Below, piece by piece: positions 49,901-62,399 of a stretch of DNA of 64,000 nucleotides (position 1 is its first letter; the number at the start of each line of letters is the position of its first letter). The DNA comes from Camelus dromedarius (Eukaryota): assembly GCF_036321535.1 (NCBI RefSeq), contig NC_087436.1:16182001-16246000 (forward strand). The letters are read 5' to 3'. The notes under the pieces were generated by a model. The model had not been told where the DNA came from and searched no databases. It was given only the letters and a program-made list of their open reading frames with translations. The position numbers and the translations under genes were made by a program.

Positions 49901-52900
49901 AAAATTGTCCTTGTTCAAATGATGACCTTACATGTATATATCAATGTAGAAAGAGAACAAAGAGAGAAAAAAATTTAGAGAGATGGGTTAAACAGTCAGG
50001 ATAGATGAGAGGAGGGTTAGGAATATTTAAAAAATGAAACCATTATGTCTAAATATTAAAACACATGGAAGTATAAATAGTATAAATAAAAATGTTTCCA
50101 AATGATCACGTTTTGCTGTTTGCCGTACATGAAATACTGATTTTAAAAAGACATAGGCTTGCATCCGTTTGCCAGTTTTATCACACTGATTTTGTTTGCA
50201 CTGGAGCAAAACCTCTGCCACAGTAGCTGGAGTTCTCATTAAGCAGCTGATTTGCCTGAATCCTCATTAAATTGATGAACTCATATGCTTATAGGCATTG
50301 GCATCTGATATAGTTCAAGGATGTTTAGAGATTGCAATCAAAACTGTTGAATGCATAGGCTTATTTATTGATTCCTTTCCAATTTTCATATGCTAAACAG
50401 TATTAAATGTTAATTCCTCCCTCTCCTTAAAAGGAAAATATATATTCAGTAATATAAACTTAGTAATATATTGTCAGTTCTTTGTAGGAAATAAGTATTC
50501 AATAATTTTAGCCTATTGCTATTATAATGTTCTTTTATTTTGTGTAGTTTACAAAAAAATGAAGATTATCTCTGGGCAGCATAATGTAACTATGACATGT
50601 AATTCATGCCTAATATGACAGGTATCTTAAAAATCTTCCACTAACACAAGCAGTATGAAATCATGCAAAAAGAGAATGAACTTATTTATTGGGAACCCTG
50701 GATTATGTTCTAAAAAGTCCTAAAGCAAATATAAACAAAAATAGATACTGGTTCTTGAATCTGGAATAACAAAACATTGAGTACACAATGCTATAAAATT
50801 GTATAACTTTGTAATTGTCATACATCATTTTTGTGTATATTTTACAGTGAAATATTTTAATGGATAAAAAGGGACTTTTTAAAAAAGCAACAGTGTAAGA
50901 AAATAGATTTATAAGTATATTACAAACTTTTTTTCATAGTGAAGATGAATTTTATTCTTAAGAAGTGGTACAGTTTGGGGGCTCAAATATTGATAGTAAG
51001 TCAGTTGGTAAATTTTTTCCTACAGTTAAAGAACATTTTTTCAGGGTGATTGGAAGATAATATCCAATAAGCCTTGATTATCTTGTTAAATTTTCCAGCA
51101 TTGCTATAAGTCTAGGTTTTAGTCAGTTGGTGAGCATGCCCGTTTACAAATAGAAGATTCTCACCTAAATTAATGGAAAATCTCTTCTCCACAAAAAGAT
51201 AGCCATTTCCCTGCTAATAGTTTCAGGACTATTAAACCTCATTTCAACAAGGATTTGCTGTAATGTATATAAAAATGTGTAATTTTATCAGTCATTTTTC
51301 CTTTTCCTTTTTGAAAAGCACAGTCTAATTATATATTTGTTCCATTCAAAAGGGCATAGTTTTAAAATCTTAAATCATTATGTCTTTCTATTTTATGTAT
51401 ATATCTATTCTCTTTCTGTTTTATATGACAGTTATAGACTTCTTCACTAATAGGGCTTGCATTTCAAGATAAGGCTGCATGTAAACAAATTAACTTTTAA
51501 AAATAGAGACCAATTTCATCTGCAGTAATGTACCAATTCATAAATTATCACTGGTATTTTTTTCTTAAAGATAAATGACCCATCATCTAACACATACTAT
51601 TAGGTAGTCTAGATGTCTTTGTGTTCTGGGAGATAAGGCTCTTATATTATTATGCCCTAATAAAATGAGTTAATGTTTTAGTATTATCGATAAAAGAGCA
51701 CTTGGATATATTTAATAACCGAACTGAGAAACACTTAATTTTAGTTGTCTGTAGCAATATAACACAAATTCTCCTGTAAAACAAATTGCACTTTTGGAAT
51801 ATATTTTAATGTGTATTCAACAAAGGAGAAAATGAGGTGATTGAAGTTCAATTTGTAGCATGTTATTAACCATTTCCGCTTGACTAGATGTGTAAAAGGA
51901 TAATGGATGAGGGTTTTATTATTACCTTTCTGCTAAAATGAAGTGGTATAAAAGATAAGGTGATGAGATTAATGAACATAAGAAAAAGGAGTAATCAATC
52001 AAGCTCCAATAAGGAGGTGAGAATGACAGTGCCTTATAAGATCTGTAAGAGCACACCATATAAAAAAGTCCACTTTGTCTTTTTCAGTTTTCACGAAACT
52101 GTTGAAAACTAACAGTTGTGACTGGAAAGATGGAACTAAAACTAACGTGATAATAGCTAATCAAACATGCATGAAGTTTTTCATTTATATTTAAATGGTG
52201 TACTTGGTAGAGACCTAGCACAGCAGCTGAGTCTCTTACATGTGAGAGCTGGGAAGTGTATCTTCGGAGTCCACATGTGGTGCCTTCCTTTAATTAATAG
52301 ACTCTAAACATAAGCCCTCCTGTTGGACTGTAGTTACAGTTAAATGTGGAGTTCCACTTATCTAGGTCTCCTGGGTTTCATATTTATTATTGATACTTCT
52401 TGAAAAAGATTTCAGAAAGCCAAAGAAATTGCGTGGAGGTTGTTGTTTCCATAACAGCACTAACTTAGACAGTGCCTATCCATTCATTCAACAGAATTTG
52501 TTGACTGCCTACCACTTACCAGGGATACCAAGTGTTGAGAATATACCAGTAAAGAAATAAGAATAATATACTTCTCTCATGGAGTTTATAGTCTAGTGGA
52601 GATAGACATACAGATAAATATGTCATTTGGTGATAATTACCAGAGAGAAAAGGAAAGCAATAATGCCTCTCTAGTAATGTGCTGTTTCAGTAGAGACCTG
52701 AGTGAAGTGAGGGAACAGGCCATGAGGATTGTCTAAGGAAAGAACAGTTCGGGTAGAGAGATCAGGACCTATAAATGCCCACAGGCAAAATGACGATTGG
52801 AACATCAAAGAAGCATGGTTTTTCTGGGAAGTTAGCAAAGTGGGTTTGATTTGTAGAAAATCTAGAAAAGATAAAGGGTTATAAGATACAGGCCAAAATA

Positions 52901-54219
52901 TTTTGTTTGATTGTAAGGATAAATTGTTCATTGAACAAATATTCATTGAGTGCATAAATCTACTCTCAGCTCCTGAGGATGTACTGATGAGGGGAAAAGT
53001 CCTTGCTCTTAGGCAGCTTCCATTCTAAAGGGGGTGAAGGAGAGAGATAATTAATAAGTAAATACATAGAAAAGAAAAAGGTAATGTCAGATATTACAGT
53101 GCTTTGAGGAAATAAAACGGGGTGAGGTTTCTTGGGAAAAGGGGCATATGGAGATTCAGGTATAATTAACTCACATCGCTGGTACTTTTCCTAACCTTAG
53201 CTTATTCCTACATTCAAATCTCAACAGGGAGGCTACAGACACAACTTTCTGAGCTTCCCTATCTGTATAATTCTTACCTTACATTGTTGTTCTCGCGATT
53301 TAATGAGATATAATGTATGTAAGCATCTACCACAGGGTCTTTCTCTGCTCTTCTTGTTCATCTAAAACCTGAAAGAGCAAGAAAAGAATCCTGTTCAGTA
53401 ATTGTCTTCATTCAGTTTTCCCCAGATTGAGATGCTGAGACAGGGGTTCAAGTGCAAGTACTTTGTTTTGGAAATTCAAGTGCCACCAGTAGGGAAGTTG
53501 GAAAATGACACGGAGAAAGGGAGACTTGGATGGGCATCTATGAAGACAGATCCTGAAGGAGTTTCTATAGAAATCTTTGGAAATAGTGAAAAATATGTCA
53601 CAGAATTATCCCTTCTGAGAATTGATGGAGCTGTGATATTTATATACCAACATCTGAGAGTTATTCCAATTTAAGTTTCCAAGTAGAGCCAGGAGTGCCC
53701 TCAGGTGCAGAACCCTCAGGCACTGAGACGTAGAATCTGGTACATGGAAGTCTGCAGGAGGATGCTTTACGTTCTGAGGGACGTGCGCAGGCGCTGACGT
53801 CTGTTATAGTAATTAAATCTTTTTCAGGCAGCCCGGGTTCCTGGGTAATTTAATGTTTGTCTCTAAATTCATTTTTCCCGTTCCCTTGATGATTCTTTTC
53901 CTAGATGACTTTATTTCTCTCCTTGTTTTCTCCAAACTTTTCTGATTCTTTAACACTTTTGTACCTTCATAGAGAATAGATGTCCTGAAGGACTAACAAC
54001 CTTTATGTATCATGCCTGAGGATGGGCAATTCTCTTAAATCATCTTCTGAATTTTTATATGAGCCTTGAAGAGAATAAATCACATTACCTAAGATGTGTT
54101 TCACCTTATGCCAAAAGAGTCTATTCAGATATTCAGTATCAAAAGATTCAATTATCTATTCAAATGTTAATTCCTGCTGCAGTCAGCAAAGATAGCATCT
54201 TTTGGATTTTTGAATGCAA

Positions 54220-54410
54220 GGATTGTGAAATGACATGGTATCTGGCATTAGTTTTTAAAATACTCGAGAAAGAAAAGTATGCTTGGGAATAGAGAAAACA
54301 AGATTGGCAAAATTGATAATTATTCAGTCTAGGTAATGAGGTGCATATGAATTCATTACAGTCTTCTCTCTACTTTAGATGTAAGTTTGAAATTGTTCCT
54401 AATAAAAAAT
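54220..54410 (+). mobile_element. Ancient L1 (L1MC/ME-like) 3' end
   Basis: gaaatgacatggtatctggcattagtttttaaaatactc...aacaagattggcaaaattgataatt...ttcattacagtcttctctctacttt...gtttgaaattgttcctaataaaaa. Confidence 0.6.
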
Positions 54411-54982
54411 AGAAAAAATGTACTGATCGTTAGAGTTCACTTGGCTTCATTTAAACATAAGCTAATAATTCATGTTTGTTGTCCATGGGGGCTCAGTGAC
54501 ATCACTACTCCCACCAAGTTAACTAACTTCCTAGAGAAAACAAAAACTTGGAAACAATGGAAAATTAACTTTTAGATCAGCACAAAATAAATTAAAGAAG
54601 AAATATACATACTCACTATAAAGGTTGAGTAGCTTCCAGATCAGCTAGTCTTAATCTAAACCCTATTTTTACAGACACGCAAACCTACTTGTGCCAATTA
54701 ACCTGTCATTTGCGGGCACTGGGCAATTTGGGGGCAACTGGAAGCATAAACAGAGTAATTACAGAAGGACTCTCTGGAACCGCCTATTGTTATTATATCT
54801 ATAAAGCATGGTACTTTGATATGTGATGCACAACTGTATGCTCTTTTTGTAGGGGAGCAACCTCCATACTTTTAAGTCTAGGTGGTGTGTTTGGTCCCAC
54901 TGTAGAGGCAGATGTGTCAGGCTCTGGGAAGCTAAGGGAATTTCAGTTAAGTTATTTTGCTCAACTTGCTTCATTTGATTCT

Positions 54983-55085
54983 TTTTTTTTTTTTTATTGA
55001 AGTACAGTCAATTACAATGTGTCAATTTCTTGTGTACAGCATAATGTCCCAGTTATGCATATACATACTTATATTCATTTTCATC
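54983..55085 (-). mobile_element. Severely 5'-truncated young L1 3' end with 14-bp TSD
   Basis: poly(T)-attgaagtacagtcaattacaatgtgtcaatttcttgtgtacagcataatgtcccag. TSD cttc(a/g)tttgattct at 54969-54982 and 55086-55099. Confidence 0.78.
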
Positions 55086-56279
55086 CTTCGTTTGATTCTA
55101 TGAGCACCAGAAAAACAATCTGATTGTGGTTTGGCCTCTCCTGTAAATAGATATAGAAGGAGTAATGTCTTACTCCAAAGTCTGAAGATTCCAGCTACTT
55201 TACAACTGTATTTTGTGTTTATTTTAAAACTTTTTTTCTGTTTCTTATTTCTGGTGTTTTTCTTTACTAACCTCTTTTTTAAAATCCTTTTTATTTTTAA
55301 GAAAGTTAGCTATTACCTACCTAAAAGATCTAGTGTTGCTGACATGCTCTTTGTTACCTAAAAGCAATCCTCTGTCCTATGCCTTGACCCACTCCTCTAA
55401 GTTAACCTTTCTGCCTTAAAAAAAAAAAAAAAGTATGGACATATGCTGCTACTTTAAAAAAACTTATCAACTTTAAATATTTATGTATAGACTTCCTTTT
55501 TGTGGAAATTGAGAATGTGTCACTATCGTCATATTCCTCACAGACGATTTCCTCTGTCTTTATCCTCCAAATACAGGTATATCACAATCTTAAGTCAAAA
55601 GTTGAGTGTACAATATAGTGGCTATGTAAATATGGTCATGGGATAACCATAATGGTTATCAAATGATCCATCTCTTCTATATTGTTGCCTAATGGATCCT
55701 GATTAGTCAGGGTTAGATTAGAAAAACAAAATATTTTCTATAATTCAAAAAGAAAGGAATTTAATACATGGAATTAGAGACTAACACGAGTGGAAAACCA
55801 CTGTCAGTTTTTAAGAATGTCACAGTAAGGAATTGCAGATAGACCACAACTACTACTGTCAGTTGTGTTTAGCACCTGGGAGCCACTGCTTATGCTTTCT
55901 GGGGACCCTAGAGAATACTGACTTCTCGTTTGCTTCTGCCAGCTAAATTTTGTACAGGTGCTTTCACTGTGGGCTCTTAACAAAAACCTGCCAGCAAGGG
56001 ATATGGGAAACATACTTTGTAACTTTTCAGTTCCTTTTATCCAGGATAGAGCTTAGAAGAGCAGGGGTGGTGCTGAGGGTAAACAAGCAATTTCCAGCAC
56101 ATTTTAGTTGTCATCCACTTTTCTGTCCCAGCCTCCCAGACTGTTTGCCTTTCGGGCCTGGCTTGTAGCTCTCATTTTAAAGTTTATGCCACATTGGGTT
56201 CTGTCTCTTAGATCTCAGTCTTCCTTTTCCTTTGCGTATTGCTCCCTCGTTTTGCTAATGCTCATCCTCTGTTGACGTC

Positions 56280-57100
56280 CTAAGAAGTGCATGGGGGTGT
56301 GATTTTTTTTCTTGGAGTTTTTCAGTATCTGAAATGATGTTTAGTCTTCACTTACGCTTGATAGTTTGACTGGGTATAGAATTGCAGCTTGAATATCACT
56401 TTACTTCAGAATTTTGAAATCTGCCTAACTCTTCCACTGCTGCTGTTGAAAAGTGTTAGTTCATTCTTATTATTATTCTTTTGACTATGATTTTTTTTGT
56501 TTATTTGTTTGTTTTGGAAAATCTTGGGATCTTTATCTCCGGTGTAATTTTTTAATTATTTGCCTCAATGTGGGTCTTACTTCATTCATTGTTGTGGGCA
56601 CTGTGTAGATCCTTTATATCTTGAGACTTGTGGCTTTCAGTTTTTGACCTGAAATTTTTTTCCTTTAATTATTTCCTCCTATTTTCTCTCTTTTTCTGGA
56701 ATGTTGTTTATCCCGGATTCATCTTTTAATTATTCTGTATTTTCTTTCCTGTTTCTCTCTCTTTTTTTAACCAGTTCTATTTCTGTGAGATTTTTCTCAA
56801 CTTTATCTTTCAGTCTTTTCACTGAAACCTGTTGTTTTTCACTCAGAATTTTAAATATAAAGAGTTCTTTTGTTTTCCTTTATTCCTTTTTTAGAGAGAG
56901 GGGTAGCATCCTACCTTTCTTATATGGTCGTAAGAGCTTCTATTAGATACTGTTGTTTTTTTTTTTTTTTAATGTTGCATTCTGTTCACTGAATTCTCTT
57001 TCTTCCTTCTGAATTTATTTTTTTCTATTTCTTTCAATCTTTGTCATGTTCGAGTCTTTCCTCAGATTATAGGAGATTCCTGGCTGTTGACTGCAGCCCT
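56280..57100 (-). mobile_element. Degraded ancient L1 fragment
   Basis: tatctgaaatgatgtttagtcttcacttacgcttgatagtttgactgggtatagaattgcag...ttcagaattttgaa...gctgttgaaaagt, followed by a T-rich antisense L1 pattern. Confidence 0.5.
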
Positions 57101-58480
57101 ACAAAACCTAATTGGAAGCTCTGTTTTTATATGCAGTTATGTTTCTTGGGCATTTTCTATAGCCTTACCAGCCCGTAAGCCATCCTGTCCATTGTCAAAC
57201 CCAGTCAAGTATCATTATGTGAACGCTTTTTCTTAGGGAGCATTCAGATTCTCTTAGTAAGGATCCTTTTTACCCTGTGTGAGAGTTGTGTGTATTGGGG
57301 TTGGAAGGAGTAGAGGAGCATAATGAGCCTGCTGGTAGTCAGAGAACAAATAGTGGGGAGTGGAAAGTATGTTGACTTTCTCTTATGTGCTTTGTGGCAT
57401 CCATGCATCTTATACTGATTTTCCACTGTGGAAATGATTTCCTAATTGCTCAGCAAATGAATATCGGGTTTTCCATGGGAGAAGAGACAGGAGAGAAAAA
57501 TAGGAAAAGAAAAATCTTCAGGTTGGAGAGATTTGGGGTCCTTCTAGTCACTGTAGACTTACAATCTGTCTTCCTCTTTTTATGAACTTATTTTCTATGT
57601 TCCTTAGTATGTTTAAAGGCTGAGAGTTTGGAGGAGATTTGCAGAGTGAATTAGGTGACTTTTTACCGCAGGCCTCTTGGTGACTATTTAGCTTGTGACT
57701 TCATTCCTCTCGCCAGTGACCACTGGTGTGTATCTTTACGTCTTTTGAAGTGTTACTCAAGTCTCTTTACCTCAGTCTTCCTTCTTACACTCCTTTTGTT
57801 CTTTAAGTCAATGACTTTTTATTCATAATTTTATTGAGGTTTAGATTTTTTGATGCGAAGATATGAAGGCATTTGGCTGCAACTAACTAAAACCCCAACT
57901 AAAATATTTTACATAAATAAGAATTTTATTTCTCACCTGCCAGATAGTTACTGATATGGTTCGGCTGTTCAGTTATGCTTTCAGTTATCCGGGCTTTTTC
58001 TGTTCCTCCAGTTACTACACACTGTCTTATGTTCTCATGCCTGTCTCCTCATGATTGCAGGATGATACGTCACAAGCAGGAAAACAGGAATGAAAATCAA
58101 AACACTCGGAAGTAAATGCACTTAACTATATATTAACTTTGTGGCGAAACTACACCGATAATGATTCGATAAAAATTATTTCAAGTAACATTAAAAGTAT
58201 TCTAATTGTATGTTTGTAGTTGGATATGTATTAAGAGTAAAATTTATAAAGGAATTCTTCAACTTACTGTTTCACATAATACTGGTTTGCCTTTTTGAAA
58301 GGATTATATGTGTTTTCCAAGATAAAGCGAAGAAGCACTTATATAAATTATTATTATTATTAGGAACCAGCATTTTCAGCATAAGAAAAACGTTCAAATA
58401 TAAAATCAAAGAATTGAAAGATTCCATTAAAGATTAATACTAACTCATGTTTTGGGGTTTTTTTTTCCCTAAAAAGTACA

Positions 58481-59250
58481 TCAGTTTCCCAAACCTCCTT
58501 GATCCATGGTACCCTTAATGTTTCAGTAATATTTTTTACAGTGACTCTAGGCCATTGGTTCTCAGCCAGGAGTGATTTTAACCCTATCTCCGCCTTTTCC
58601 CATCCAATGGAAAATTTGGCAATGTCTAAATACATTTTGGATTGTTGCAGCTGGAGGAGTGCTACTAGTATCTAGCTAGAGACACTGCTAAACATTTTCT
58701 ATGCACAAGATACAGCACCCCACAACAAGGAGCTCATCTGAAATATCAATAGTGCTGAGGTTTGAAACCCTACTCTAGGCTAAAAGAAATACTTAACAAC
58801 TCTGTTTATTAAATAGTTAGATCCAGGCGACTTATAAAGTATCTATGTAGTGGTTGTTTGAAAAAAATAATGCAGATAAATTAAAAGAAAAATATTTTTC
58901 TTTTATTCCCAAATAACCATAATTATTAATGGGATGTGTGTACCACTTTGGAATTGTGCAGCATCCTCCAACCTTGAAATCATGTTGGCTATCTCTGTTC
59001 TCATTTCCTTTTTTGCATTGATTTTAACATGACTCTGGGTCTTTATCCTCACTGTTGCTGCTGAAACTCAGTTTTGTAGAAGTGTGACATGATTGAAGGA
59101 AATGTCATGTGATCTAACATCTCAAGCTAGTAGTTTAAATGACATTTGATAGATGTCAGTTGCTGCTGTGTTCCTCCGAAGTTTAAAGTAACCTGCAGTA
59201 CCCTTGTCAGTTTGCTGCAGTGATCTGGGGTGCCTCAATGCATATGTTTC
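58481..59250. mobile_element. Older hAT-Charlie-like DNA transposon remnant interrupted by the MER20-like element
   Basis: Starts cagtttcccaaacct... and has a terminal region cctgcagtacccttgtcagtttgctgcagtgatctggggtgcctc resembling Charlie ends. Confidence 0.45.
58553..58772. mobile_element. MER20-like hAT-Charlie MITE with a perfect 8-bp TSD (ctctaggc)
   Basis: cattggttctcagccaggagtgattt...atttggcaatgtct...gtgctactagtatctag...atcaatagtgctgaggtttgaaacccta. TSD at 58545-58552 and 58773-58780. Confidence 0.8.
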
Positions 59251-59279
59251 TTAGTTCTTTCTGCTGAAGTTGACCTGGA

Positions 59280-59975
59280 AGCAGTGAATACCCCCATTGC
59301 TTAGGTTATGGTCTCTAAATACCGTTTTCTACCAAAAGGAACATTCTCTTTATTTAGAACGCAAAACTTCCCTGTAAATCATTGAGCAGATTCCATGAGA
59401 TAGTTGCATCTCATTTTGGGGAAATGGTTGATTTCAGGAATAGGGGATAGAGGAAAAAATTAAATGATACCATGAAGAAACAGCCAAATACAGAATGTGG
59501 GAAGTTTTATAGAATAAATAACCCAGTTTCTTTTTTAAACATGATATGAAGAGAAGAGAGATTCTCATTGAATAAAAACCTGAAAGGCGTATCAGTCAGT
59601 TGAAATATGTGGACTTTGTTTCATTATAGTTTGGAACCAGTTAAAAGGAAAAGAAAAGCGTATTTTTTGAGATGGGATTTTTTTTACACATGAATAATGT
59701 TAAGGAATTATTACTTTTGTTACATGTAATAATGACATATTTGGTTAATTAAAAAGAAATCTCTTCAACTGTTGAGCCATATGACAGATTCGTGGGTGAA
59801 TGTTACAATTATTTACTTTAAAATTACCACAGAAGAAAAATACTACCCAAAGAAAAAATTCACATAGGAGAGAGAGGATGCAAAATTGGCAAACTTCTTA
59901 AAATTCCATGATGGGTACATAGAGTAAGTCTATTTTTGTGTATGTCTGAAATTTTCATAATAAAAAGTTTTAAAA
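59280..59975 (+). mobile_element. Ancient L1MC-like 3' end
   Basis: cccattgcttaggttatggtctctaaatacc...cagccaaatacagaatgtgggaa...gatgggtacatagag...tatttttgtgtatgtctgaaattttcataataaaaag. Confidence 0.6.
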
Positions 59976-62399
59976 GAGGGAAGAAAAGATACAACAGCAC
60001 ATCTTTATTGAGCAAATGATACTTTTCCTACAGTTTATCTCTCTTTGCAAGTTTATATATCTCATTAATCAAACAGTCTTTAGCGGCAAGAGAGGGCATT
60101 ATGGAGGAAGAGAGACCTGTCTTATCAAGGAAAGCAAGGAAGGGGAGGGTTGGAAAAGGAGGTTAAGTGATCTAACCTTTAAGGTCTGCCATAGGGCAAT
60201 AGAAGAGAAAAATTTATGGTCATTTTGCCAGGATTAACCAGAAGTGAGCTATTATATTTCTTATTTTATATTAATAAACTGTCGTTTTGAATTTAATCAT
60301 CCTTCTTTTTTCCCTATAGGTAAAGAATGTAGTCTGTGTCTAGTCTTCTCATCAGTAATTGTGCTTTCTATAGATTTTAAAAAGTCATTTTTCTATATTT
60401 TGATCTTTGTGTACTTGGTTAATAGGATTCTATCCCTGACAGATGAATCTTGTTTTGTTTCTGTTTCTGAACCTGTAAGATTAGTGAGTAAACTCTGGAC
60501 TCTGTTGAATTTACCAAGGTAATTCTGCCCTGTAAGGAGCTGTCCAGATAGCCAGCCAGCCTCCCTCTGTCAAAAATGTTGACTTCTTTCTTCTAATAAT
60601 AAGACAAATGGAAAGAAAATAGAAACTTAAGAGGAATACAAAAAAGCTTATTTGAATATGGAAAGAGATACATGCATTTCTTGGCTGAAACCTTAGCATA
60701 ATATAGTTTATACAAGTTTAAGTTAGATTGAAATAGCAGAGATTTAGAAGATGCTCTAATGTTAAAAAGAGAAGTCAGATGTAGGTATATATGGAACAGT
60801 TGGTGGTCTGTAAAACTTACGAAATGTCTCTATTACTGTATTACTGAATCTTGGTTTTTCAAGCCTATGCGATGGTTTTTTGATAGTGTTGTAACTACCT
60901 AAAAGGAAGAGTCGCCACTAAAACTGAACATCAACTAAAGCGACCCTGCGTTTCCTTGTATTTGTTGTAGAGATCTGTGGTTAGTTTGAATGATGATCTA
61001 ATCTGTGTCAGAGGCAGGTAGGCCGTTTATCTAGGACACAGCCCATTTTCACACACACCGTCACTGAGGCTGAATTATTTGCTATCTCAATGGGTATTAT
61101 AGATTGAACTTGAGACTCTGATAAATGGTCATCAAAGTAATGAATCTTTGGGACTATGAAAAAAAGAATATAACTGGAAAACTATTAAACCAAAATGTGT
61201 TCTCTTAGAAGGGGGAAAAGAAGGAGTATGTCAACTGCTGCCCAGAAACAGAATGTTTTGTTCAGTTTTCCAAATATGCAGAGTATGAACAATGCCATTT
61301 GATTCTCAATTTATAGCTGATATATTATATACATTAATAGAAAAAAGTTGTATACAAGTCTATTTTCAGTAACATCTATTTTTTTTTAAATTACTCTTAG
61401 TAGGATTTGACCTGTGTAACTGGACAGTGTATTGGGGAGATCCTGAACTTTCTGAACAAGTATTAAGATATGCATAGGCTATTCTTTATTTAGAAAATTT
61501 TGATTATTAATCTCTATAATAATTATTGCTTCTGTCAAGTTTTGGGGTTGAGATGGTTAGAAGCTAAGAAGACTTTTGGCCTTGGATGATTACAATTCAG
61601 AAAATGTATATAATTCAGTCACTTTGGGGACAGAATAGCACTTTGTGAGCTAATCTGTGAGTTGAACTAATATTTATAACACTGTTTCAATGGGGCTAAT
61701 TGCTAGTTTGTAGCTTGTGTTTTGACATACACCACATTTGTAGGTTGAAGGGACTATTATTGCCTTTAGCCTAAGTACTATACTTAATTTTTTTTTTTAC
61801 TCAAAATGCTGCCTATTATATTTCTTTATCAGTGAAATGTGGAACTACCACTGTAGAAGCCCTTGATAAATACACTGTCAGATGTAAGAAGCAAAGTCCA
61901 TATATATATTTATAAATGTACAAAATACCAATTGAGTTTGCTTATTTTCTGTTGAGTAGAGCATGGTGAAACCAGTGTTTACGTGCACTGATCTTGGGGT
62001 TATCCCTTAGAAACTCCAGGATTCAGATTAGCCTGGGTGTACCATCCATGTCCACTCCAACCTTCTTGTTTATCAAGGTGAAATTGTGTTGAAATAAACA
62101 TTGCAAGATGCCTATGGGTTATCATTTACCTTGGTGAAAAGTAGTATCAGCAGAGGAGGACAGTATGGATTGTCAGTGATCTAACTGTAAGGCAAAATCA
62201 ATTTCTGCTATCCTACTCCAGTTATTCCATTTTAAGACTAAGTATAAGAAGTCCTTATAAGAGACCTCTGCTCTGTCCTTGGGTAATAAATACTAATCTA
62301 TACTTGTCTTAGCAAAGCCTAAAACAAATGTGAAAAGGAAGCATGTGATTCACAAGTAAATTAACTATCTGCCAGAACAAAATTTCACCCCTCTGCAAA

